Below, in pieces: positions 1-7,477 of a stretch of DNA of 64,000 bases; the stretch's first letter is position 1, and every line of letters starts with the position of its first letter. A program made the position numbers and the translations under genes. The stretch is from assembly GCF_016744725.1 (NCBI RefSeq), contig NZ_JADGDW010000002.1, positions 5,614-69,613 on the forward strand, written 5' to 3'. The notes under the pieces are model-generated. The model searched no databases. It had not been told where the DNA came from and saw only the letters and a list, made by a program, of their open reading frames with translations. Origin of the DNA: Candidatus Albibeggiatoa sp. nov. BB20 (lineage in GTDB: Bacteria > Pseudomonadota > Gammaproteobacteria > Beggiatoales > Beggiatoaceae).

Positions 1-1
1 T

Positions 2-385
2 ATTGTGGCAGGTGCGGATTATGGTCAAGGTTCTTCACGCGATTGGGCGGCGAAAGGTGTGCGTTTAGCAGGTGTTGAGGCGATTATGGCAGAAGGCTTT
101 GAGCGTATTCACCGTACAAACTTGGTGGGCATGGGTGTATTGCCTTTAGAGTTTAAAGCAGGTGAAACCCGTGAAACTTACGGCATCGATGGTACAGAAA
201 CGTTTGATGTCATTGGTGATTTAACCCCACGCGCTGAGTTGACTGTGATTATCAATCGTAAAAATGGTGAAACGGTTGAAGTGCCTGTTATGTGTCGTTT
301 AGATACGGCTGAAGAAGTGTCTGTGTATGAAGCGGGTGGTGTATTACAACGCTTTGCACAAGATTTCTTGGCGGGTAATCAGTAG
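2..385 (+). CDS. acnD: Aconitase-family hydratase, C-terminal fragment (5' part outside the window); AcnD-type 2-methylcitrate dehydratase by context
   Basis: The frame is open to the window edge. The translation carries the aconitase swivel-domain signatures YGQGSSRDWAAKG and FERIHRTNLVGMGVLPLEF. AcnD rather than AcnA is inferred only from prpF downstream. Confidence 0.8.
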   Translation: MVAGADYGQGSSRDWAAKGVRLAGVEAIMAEGFERIHRTNLVGMGVLPLEFKAGETRETYGIDGTETFDVIGDLTPRAELTVIINRKNGETVEVPVMCRLDTAEEVSVYEAGGVLQRFAQDFLAGNQ

Positions 386-392
386 TTTTTTT

Positions 393-515
393 GTGACGCG
401 GAGCGTCTGGGCTGCATTCCAACGGAGACCGTTGGAACGAGAGAGCGAGAGATATAAGAACAACCCTCTAGTTACTACGCTCAGCGTGGTAACTCAGCTT
501 TGACGCTCCGCGTCA
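393..515. repeat. 123-bp nested palindromic element (outer 14-bp stem enclosing two internal hairpins)
   Basis: tgacgcggagcgtc (394-407) is the exact reverse complement of gacgctccgcgtca (502-515). Inside lie ttccaacgg-aga-ccgttggaa (417-437) and gttactacgc-tca-gcgtggtaac (471-493). The gcattccaacgg / cgttggaacgag motif recurs near 29267-29314 and 60563-60613. Confidence 0.7.
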
Positions 516-543
516 TGATTAACTTATATATTTGGATAACACA

Positions 544-951
544 ATGAAAAAGCTATTATTTATTTTAGATTGTTTAATGTTTTTTGTTGTGCCAATTCCA
601 GCAATTCTTTTATATTTATTGCTGTTTGATCTAAATGAATGTGATTTTCATAGAGTTGTTTATTTTATACCATTTTTCTGCTTATTAGCTATTGTCTCTT
701 TATTTGCATCACTAAGTGATAACCATAGCTTTTACATAAAAGCAAAACTTATATATGTTATGGGTATTGCTTTAGCTACTTTAGGTATATCTGATATAGT
801 GTTTCACTACACAATGGTAACACAAAGCGCATTTACAGAGTTTTCCGAAATTCTCTTCTTTTCAGGAATATGTATAGTTCAAGTCGCCCGAGCAACCGAA
901 GACTTTAAAAAGAAAAATGATAAAAGAAGTCGTGATAGGTTAATTTGCTAA
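544..951 (+). CDS. Small multi-pass membrane protein of unknown function (paralog A)
   Basis: The track ORF 532-951 starts at TTG; the first ATG is at 544 (MKKLLFIL...). It has several hydrophobic segments and shares ECDF-R..Y..P.F.LL, SL.DN..YI..KLI and the basic tail KDFKKKNDKR..RLI with the next ORF. It is very AT-rich. Confidence 0.55.
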   Translation: MKKLLFILDCLMFFVVPIPAILLYLLLFDLNECDFHRVVYFIPFFCLLAIVSLFASLSDNHSFYIKAKLIYVMGIALATLGISDIVFHYTMVTQSAFTEFSEILFFSGICIVQVARATEDFKKKNDKRSRDRLIC

Positions 952-1008
952 TTATAAATAAATTTTTATTGCTGCAGCAGCAGACCACGCGAGTATTGGG
1001 TAATATCA

Positions 1009-1389
1009 ATGAGAAAACGACTATTCTTTTTAAAAAATCTACTAATTTTTGCAACACCAATGTTAATAGTTTTGCCAAATATATTTTTGTTTGAACTAGA
1101 GTGTGATTTTGATAGAGCTATTTATCTTGTTCCTCTCTTTTATTTATTGGTCTTTTCCTCTTTATTTGTTTCATTAGACGATAATGATGATTATTATATA
1201 AGAATAAAATTGATACAAGGTTCAACTGTTATTTTAATTTTTTTAGGGGTGTTTGCTATATTTTTTCACAATTTCAGCTTATTCATAAGTGTTTTTATTT
1301 CAAGTGGATTAGTAATTTATATAACTAAAAAAATTAAAGATTTTAAAGAGAAAAATGATAAAAGAAACCATAATAGATTAATTTACTAA
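1009..1389 (+). CDS. Small multi-pass membrane protein of unknown function (paralog B)
   Basis: 126-aa ORF, a tandem paralog of 544-951 with the same ECDFDR, SLDDN..YYIRIKLI and KDFKEKNDKRNHNRLIY motifs. Confidence 0.55.
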   Translation: MRKRLFFLKNLLIFATPMLIVLPNIFLFELECDFDRAIYLVPLFYLLVFSSLFVSLDDNDDYYIRIKLIQGSTVILIFLGVFAIFFHNFSLFISVFISSGLVIYITKKIKDFKEKNDKRNHNRLIY

Positions 1390-1441
1390 ATATTTACATT
1401 TAACCCTTCCAAATTTATTTCTTGAAAAGGAAACCACAAAC

Positions 1442-2620
1442 ATGCCTCACGTATCTCAAATTAAAATCCCAGCCACTTATATGCGTGGTGGCACAAGCAA
1501 AGGCGTATTTTTCAATTTAACCGACTTACCTGAATCAGCACAAGTCGCAGGTGAAGCACGTGACAACTTATTACTACGCGTTATCGGTAGCCCTGACCCT
1601 TACGGCAAACACACTGACGGCATGGGCGGCGCGACCTCCAGTACCAGCAAAACCGTCATTCTCGCCAAAAGCACTCAAGCCAACCACGACGTTGATTACT
1701 TATTCGGACAAGTCGCGATTGATAAAGCCTTTGTTGATTGGAGTGGCAATTGTGGCAATTTAACCGCTGCGGTGGGTTCATTCGCAATTTCCAGTGGTTT
1801 AGTCGATGCAGATCGTATTCCTGAAAATGGAGTCTTGATTGTGCGTATTTGGCAAGTCAACATCAAAAAAACCATTATTGCCCACGTCCCTATCACTAAC
1901 GGCGAAGTACAAGAAACAGGTGATTTTGAACTAGACGGCGTAACCTTCCCAGCCGCTGAAGTGGAAGTGGAATTTTTAGACCCTTCTGATGGCGACGGTG
2001 CAATGTTCCCAACGGGTAATTTAGTGGATGATTTAGAAGTCCCGGGCATCGGCACATTCAAAGCTACCATGATTAGCGCGGGCATCCCCACTGTATTCTT
2101 AAATGCCGATGAAATTGGCTATACAGGCACAGAATTACAAGAAGCCATCAACGGCGACCCTGCGGCATTAGAACGTTTTGAAACCATTCGCGCTTACGGT
2201 GCATTACGCATGGGTTTAATCAGTGATGTAGCAGAAGCCGCCAATCGTCAACATACACCGAAAGTGGCTTTTGTCGCGCCTCCTGCTGATTATACCGCGT
2301 CCAGTGGCAAACAAATCAAAACTGATGATATTGATATTAATGTTCGTGCTTTATCAATGGGTAAATTACACCATGCAATGATGGGAACAGCCGCCGTGGC
2401 GATTGGTACAGCGGCGGCAATTCCCGGTACTTTAGTCAATCTTGCAGCGGGTGGAGAAGAACGTAATGCGGTACGATTCGGACATCCATCAGGTACATTA
2501 CGCGTGGGTGCGGAAGCCAGTCAAAAAGGTGGCGAATGGGCAGTTGATAAAGCGATTATGAGCCGTAGTGCGCGGGTATTAATGGAAGGTACAGTGCGTA
2601 TTCCAGGTGATAGCTTCTAA
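1442..2620 (+). CDS. prpF: 2-methylaconitate cis-trans isomerase PrpF
   Basis: 392 aa with the N-terminal YMRGGTSKGVFF signature of the PrpF family. It sits downstream of the aconitase gene as in acnD-prpF methylcitrate loci. Confidence 0.9.
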   Translation: MPHVSQIKIPATYMRGGTSKGVFFNLTDLPESAQVAGEARDNLLLRVIGSPDPYGKHTDGMGGATSSTSKTVILAKSTQANHDVDYLFGQVAIDKAFVDWSGNCGNLTAAVGSFAISSGLVDADRIPENGVLIVRIWQVNIKKTIIAHVPITNGEVQETGDFELDGVTFPAAEVEVEFLDPSDGDGAMFPTGNLVDDLEVPGIGTFKATMISAGIPTVFLNADEIGYTGTELQEAINGDPAALERFETIRAYGALRMGLISDVAEAANRQHTPKVAFVAPPADYTASSGKQIKTDDIDINVRALSMGKLHHAMMGTAAVAIGTAAAIPGTLVNLAAGGEERNAVRFGHPSGTLRVGAEASQKGGEWAVDKAIMSRSARVLMEGTVRIPGDSF

Positions 2621-2692
2621 TATTTGATATTACTTATATAACAAGTAGCTTCAGCTTTTGACTGTCTGAAGCTCCTGAAAAAGACTAAGTTT

Positions 2693-2808
2693 TATAGTCA
2701 ATTCTATCTTAGATGTGAGGGCTGGAAGTCCTGAAATATTTTAAATATCAAATAGTTTTGAAATTTAAGGCTGCCAGTCTTATATCCTTTTAAAATAAAA
2801 TGACTATA
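2693..2808 (+). mobile_element. MITE-like intergenic repeat, full-length copy (diverged)
   Basis: It starts tatagtcaatt and ends aatgactata. It contains box 1 (gggctggaagtcct), the spacer motif ttttaaatatcaa and box 2 (aggctgccagtct). It is colinear with the copies at 4871, 15529 and 32064. Confidence 0.75.
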
Positions 2809-2813
2809 GATCG

Positions 2814-4577
2814 CTATGGATTACATTCTGGCAAATTATTTTCACAAGCCAATTGATTTGCAACTTCACGCAAAAGTGTCACCACTTCTGAAATTTTATC
2901 TGGATAAGCACAGTAATTAATAGCACCTACTATGTTAGCAGGAATCCAGTCTAAATCTTTCTGACCACTATACCAACTTGCTTGACAGGCGTGACGTATT
3001 TGGAAAAGACCTTCTATCGCATTTTGATAACTGAGAGGTGCAAATTGGGTTGTGTCAAATGGTGTTCCGTCAGATTGACTATAATTGCTTGCATCAAAGT
3101 AGCGCACAGGATTTTTCCAAAGGTTTCCATCGACATCTCTAAATCTATCGATTGGAATATAGTTACATGTATCTGACTCGATATCAGTATCTAATTCGGT
3201 TAGAGTTGACCATACACAGCCAGCATCGTTACAGGTTTGTGTGGATATTGGTGGTGTATCGCAAACTACGCAAGGAAGGGTGGTAAATGTTTTATCATTA
3301 CCATATTCAATAGTTGTATCATACAAAGCCGCAGAATAAAATGTTCGAGATAGATAAGCAGCTCTATAGTGATAAAGCGTACCACATTGCAAATTACCTA
3401 TTTCAATATTAGGACTCGCTTCCTTGCCATAAGAACTAGATAAACCATACTGAAAATAGACACTATCACTTGATGAAGGCTGAACTTCTACGGTTAGAAT
3501 AGCAGAGCTTTGAGCAATCTCGATTGCATTTGCGGTGGTTGTCAAAAGTCCAGGTTCTGGTTTACCCTCCAGCACGTTCATATTAATATTACTGTTTTCA
3601 ACATCCACATTTCGAGTTATTTTATCCAATTTTTCATGAGAAAATTCAAGCGTATAATGACCTGAAGCCAAAGCTAAATCATAATAACCACTGCTATCTG
3701 TTGTTGTTTGCTCTCCTGTCTCAACAACAGTAATTTGCACATCCTTCAAGCTTTCGCCATCATTGAAAACATAGCCTGTGATGTAAGGCACTGGATTAAT
3801 AATATCAATTTTGACGTTGTTGTCGGCAAGACTTATTGTTTGGGTGATTTGAAATTTGGGATGGGAAAATTCAAGGTTATATTCACCTGCATTCAAAGGT
3901 AAAGCATATCCTCCTGCACTGGCAGTCAATGTCTGCTCACCTGTTTCAACCACAGTGATTTGCACATCAGCAATCCCTTCTCCAACAGAATAAAAGCCAT
4001 CTTTATCTCTGTCACTATAAATAACTCCCAAAATAAAACCACGAGACTCATTTGAAGAACTTGCAAAAATAGCCGTTAAATTTGACTGTACACCTATTCC
4101 TCCTCCTATTAAATTAGAACTGAATCTAATGCCCATTTCTTTGAAATTACTTGATAAGATATTCGCTCTATCATTAGGATTTTTAAATAAATTTTTATAC
4201 GGTTCTGAAGCACTTGGTGCTTGATTGAAAGGAGGACGTACTGAAAAAGAAAAGCTATAAGTTGCAGTGCTTTCTTGAATCGATTGATATTCATAGCCTG
4301 CATTTTCTACGCGCTGAATATAAGTTAAACCACTATTATCACCCGCTGCTTGAGACAATTGTGAATTAAATGCTAAAGCTGGCAGTGAAGCTTCATTTAT
4401 CGCATCCGCTATATCGAGTCGCTCTGCTTCTGTGGTTGGATTTGCCCGTGCTCGATTAAGCAGTTCTAAAAAAAACTGTTCAGAATTTGTCGGATCACCA
4501 TACGAATAAGCAAAAACCGATAGTGAATTAATAGATAGAAATAATAAGAGATAAAAACGTGTGAGAAGATTATACAT
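2814..4577 (-). CDS. Secreted multidomain protein: CAP/SCP-like N-domain, two CarboxypepD_reg-like beta-sandwich repeats, FN3-like module, Cys-rich C-terminal domain
   Basis: 587 aa with an N-terminal signal-like segment (LLLFLSINSLSVFA). ELLNRARANP resembles CAP domains. There is an internal duplication VQITVVETGEQT..(A/S)GGY.L.L..G.Y.LEFSH.K. YFQYGLSSSYGKE...LYHYRA is FN3-like. The last ~150 aa contain about 9 Cys. Domain names come from motif memory only. Confidence 0.6.
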   Translation of the reverse strand: MYNLLTRFYLLLFLSINSLSVFAYSYGDPTNSEQFFLELLNRARANPTTEAERLDIADAINEASLPALAFNSQLSQAAGDNSGLTYIQRVENAGYEYQSIQESTATYSFSFSVRPPFNQAPSASEPYKNLFKNPNDRANILSSNFKEMGIRFSSNLIGGGIGVQSNLTAIFASSSNESRGFILGVIYSDRDKDGFYSVGEGIADVQITVVETGEQTLTASAGGYALPLNAGEYNLEFSHPKFQITQTISLADNNVKIDIINPVPYITGYVFNDGESLKDVQITVVETGEQTTTDSSGYYDLALASGHYTLEFSHEKLDKITRNVDVENSNINMNVLEGKPEPGLLTTTANAIEIAQSSAILTVEVQPSSSDSVYFQYGLSSSYGKEASPNIEIGNLQCGTLYHYRAAYLSRTFYSAALYDTTIEYGNDKTFTTLPCVVCDTPPISTQTCNDAGCVWSTLTELDTDIESDTCNYIPIDRFRDVDGNLWKNPVRYFDASNYSQSDGTPFDTTQFAPLSYQNAIEGLFQIRHACQASWYSGQKDLDWIPANIVGAINYCAYPDKISEVVTLLREVANQLACENNLPECNP

Positions 4578-4784
4578 ACCATTGTTACCTTGTTATGGCT
4601 GATGTGGAGTTGAAATAGTGTTGATAAAACAAACAATTGAAAAGGAAGTATTTAATTTAAAACCCTGTTTGACTTATATTTAACTACTTGAAAATTCATT
4701 CCACATCAAGCGTTATTCATAAAGCGTTGAATCATCGCTGCTTTTTCATATAATGTTATCGTAGTTCTAAAAATTTTGATAGCC

Positions 4785-4850
4785 ATTATGAGCCGTAGCG
4801 CAGGTGTCTTAATGGAAGGTTCAGTATGAATTTCGAGAGATGGTTTCTAA
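4785..4850 (+). pseudogene. Relic of a prpF 3' end (duplicated fragment)
   Basis: attatgagccgtagcgcaggtgtcttaatggaaggttcagtatga...ttctaa aligns base-for-base with the prpF end attatgagccgtagtgcgcgggtattaatggaaggtacagtgcgt...ttctaa (2563-2620). It reads IMSRSAGVLMEGSV* versus IMSRSARVLMEGTV. No upstream prpF body is present. Confidence 0.7.
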
Positions 4851-4870
4851 GTTTGACCTAGTATTGAATC

Positions 4871-4985
4871 TATAGTGAATTTCTTGTTATGCATTGGACT
4901 GGCAGTCCTTTAATATTTTAAATATCAAACACTTTCAAATTTGAGAACTGCCAGTCCTGTATCACTTTAAAATAAAACAACTATA
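4871..4985 (+). mobile_element. MITE-like intergenic repeat, full-length copy
   Basis: tatagtgaatttc...ttggactggcagtcct...ttttaaatatcaa...gaactgccagtcctgtatcactttaaaataaaacaactata. Confidence 0.8.
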
Positions 4986-5197
4986 TTATGAAAAGGCAAA
5001 TCACAGGGGCTGCTTTTTTTATGTCTGCCCATTGTGAAATGATAACCGCTTTATAAAAACCAGAAAAATTCAAAAATACAGACTTGCTTCAAATCCATTT
5101 AATTGTCAATATAGTCATAATGAGTTTTTGAAAGTATTGGTAAGGATAGCTTTATCCCGTATTTTAGAACGAGAATAAAAGGTAAATACATACGCTT

Positions 5198-6058
5198 ATG
5201 TTGATTCAACGCTTAACTATTATTGGTGTCGGACTGATTGGAGGATCACTTGCTCTTGCTCTCAAACGTAAACAAGCCTGCGGTGAAATTATAGGTTGTG
5301 GACGCAGTATCGAAAACTTAAAAAAAGCGATTGAATTAAACATTATTGACCAATACACCACAGATTTAGCAGAGTCCGTGCAAAATGCCGATGTCGTTAT
5401 GCTTGCCGTACCTTTAAGTATGATGGCGCAAGTGTTTGAAACAATTCAACCTCATCTGTCTGAAAATACCATTATTACCGATGGTGGCAGTGCCAAAGCG
5501 TGTGTAATATCAGATGCACAGCAATATTTAGGTGATAAATATCCGAACTTTGTTGCTGGCCATCCCATCGCAGGTACAGAAAAAAGTGGCGCAACAGCAG
5601 CTTTTGCCGAACTTTATGATAATCGCCGCGTGATTTTAACCCCTACTGCGGATACAAACCCCCAAGCCCATGAAAAAATAAAACAAATGTGGCAGTTAGC
5701 AGGTGCAAATGTGGTTGATATGGATATTCAAAACCATGACCAAGTATTAGCTGCAACCAGCCATGTCCCCCATGTATTGGCCTATAGCCTTGTTGATACT
5801 TTAGCGTCTATGAATGAGCGCGTTGCTATTTTTGAAAATGCGGCGGGTGGTTTTCGTGATTTTACTCGTATTGCTTCAAGTAACCCCAAAATGTGGCATG
5901 ACATCTGTCTTGCAAACCAAGCTGCAGTGCTTGATGTGTTAGCCCAATTCAACGCCGATTTGCAAATACTGACCGATGCGATTGAACGGCAAGATAGTGA
6001 AACCATTATGCAAGTTTTTACACGGGCTAAAACCGAACGTGATAATTTTTGTGGCTAG
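5198..6058 (+). CDS. tyrA: Prephenate/arogenate dehydrogenase
   Basis: 286 aa with the Rossmann motif IIGVGLIGGSLALAL and the HPIAGTEKSG signature of prephenate dehydrogenases. Confidence 0.85.
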   Translation: MLIQRLTIIGVGLIGGSLALALKRKQACGEIIGCGRSIENLKKAIELNIIDQYTTDLAESVQNADVVMLAVPLSMMAQVFETIQPHLSENTIITDGGSAKACVISDAQQYLGDKYPNFVAGHPIAGTEKSGATAAFAELYDNRRVILTPTADTNPQAHEKIKQMWQLAGANVVDMDIQNHDQVLAATSHVPHVLAYSLVDTLASMNERVAIFENAAGGFRDFTRIASSNPKMWHDICLANQAAVLDVLAQFNADLQILTDAIERQDSETIMQVFTRAKTERDNFCG

Positions 6059-6173
6059 TTGCAGCATATTCAAAAATGAATCTTGATTAAGGTCAATTCA
6101 CCTCATGAGCCTCATTTAACCCATTGAGTATAAATCATTTAAAATCGCACCTATTGTTAACAAAGGAATCAGT

Positions 6174-7433
6174 ATGTCGTTAGATGCAAAATGGATTGCA
6201 AAAATTGAAGCACTCGCCACATCAAATCCAGGACAGATGTCACAAAATGAATATACTCATATTGCTGAACAAATTGCTAATAATGTGCCGTGTAATATTC
6301 TGGTCTTTGGCTTGGGAAATGATAGCCCTCTTTGGCAAGAGATAAATGCAGGTGGGACAACCATTTTTATAGAACATGATAAAAAATGGCTTAATACGGT
6401 TCAAGAACAAAATCCAGACATTAATGCGTATCTGGTTAAATATAAAACCCGCTTAAAAAATTGGGCGACAGATTTGGCGGCTGTAAGCATCAATCCAAAT
6501 TCATTGGAATTATTTCTACCTGCTGAAGTCTGTTCAACAGATTGGCGATATATTATTGTGGATGCACCGCCGGGATACTCAGATAAAATGCCGGGGCGAC
6601 TTCAAAGTATTCAAGCGGCTTCCAAACTCGCGTATAAAAATTCGCATGGCCAACCCTGTGATATTTTTGTACATGATTGTGATCGCGTGTCTGAAAGTAT
6701 TTTTAGTGAATATTTTTTAAGTCATATTAATTTACAAACGAAAATAGATAAAACCAGACATTATCAACTGCTTGGGCATGATACTCCTTTGATGAAAAAA
6801 GCCATTTATACTGCAATTATTGATGGTTACGATGATATTGCACCACCTCGCTATATCAATGAAGACTATGACTACTTTCTATTTACCAATATGGATCATG
6901 TGAAAAGTGATTTTTGGAATGTGATTAAAGTTGGAGGCAGTGGCGTTAAATTAGCGCGTCACATCAAAATCAGACCTGATTTATATTTGAATGGCTATGA
7001 TTTCAGCGTATGGCTGGACGGCAATGTGATCCAAGCTTGCAATATCAACGATCTCACCAATTTAGCCCAATACGACATGGTGACAATGAAGCACCCTGAT
7101 AGAAACTGTCTTTATCAGGAAGTCTTAGCATGTGAACAAAGAGGCTTGGATACACGAGAAACAATGTATAAACAAGTGAGTCGATATCAAGCTGATGGCT
7201 ATCCTGCCGATAATGGGCTAATTGCATCAACGTTTATATTTCGTTACCACAATGAGAAAATAATAAAACTCATGAAAATGTGGGATAGCGAAGTACAAGC
7301 ATTTTCACATCGAGACCAACTTAGTTTTAATTACTGTCTTGAAAAAAATCCCATTAGCTTGGCTTTATTGCCTTGGTCAACACTGCAAACGCATTTTCAC
7401 TACACAAAGCATAAAAAAGATCAAAAAAAATAA
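6174..7433 (+). CDS. Two-domain polysaccharide-modifying protein: DUF579-like (plant glucuronoxylan methyltransferase-type) N-domain fused to a DUF616-like glycosyltransferase-type C-domain
   Basis: The N-domain motifs PCNILVFGLGNDSPLW, GGTTIFIEHDKKW, IIVDAPPGYSDKMPGR and DIFVHDCDR match my recollection of plant GXM/IRX15 DUF579 proteins. The C-domain motifs AIYTAIIDGYDDI, FLFTN, W.VIKV and YDFSVWLDGN resemble DUF616. Confidence 0.65.
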   Translation: MSLDAKWIAKIEALATSNPGQMSQNEYTHIAEQIANNVPCNILVFGLGNDSPLWQEINAGGTTIFIEHDKKWLNTVQEQNPDINAYLVKYKTRLKNWATDLAAVSINPNSLELFLPAEVCSTDWRYIIVDAPPGYSDKMPGRLQSIQAASKLAYKNSHGQPCDIFVHDCDRVSESIFSEYFLSHINLQTKIDKTRHYQLLGHDTPLMKKAIYTAIIDGYDDIAPPRYINEDYDYFLFTNMDHVKSDFWNVIKVGGSGVKLARHIKIRPDLYLNGYDFSVWLDGNVIQACNINDLTNLAQYDMVTMKHPDRNCLYQEVLACEQRGLDTRETMYKQVSRYQADGYPADNGLIASTFIFRYHNEKIIKLMKMWDSEVQAFSHRDQLSFNYCLEKNPISLALLPWSTLQTHFHYTKHKKDQKK

Positions 7434-7477
7434 ACTATCAACATCCCTTAAGATTGCATTGAGCCAATGAATATATC

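Noticed and set aside
1551-2091. ORFs 1551-1763 (+) and 1696-2091 (-) overlapping prpF, together with many similar 60-130-aa ORFs embedded in thiC, the RND pump, clpA, pgi, gdhB and purH.
   Set aside because: They are shadow ORFs inside well-supported longer genes, with low-complexity translations and no motifs.
2646-2673. The hairpin agcttcag-(11 nt)-ctgaagct just after the prpF stop, as a possible intrinsic terminator.
   Set aside because: An 8-bp stem with a large loop and no following T-tract on either strand gives insufficient support for a terminator call.
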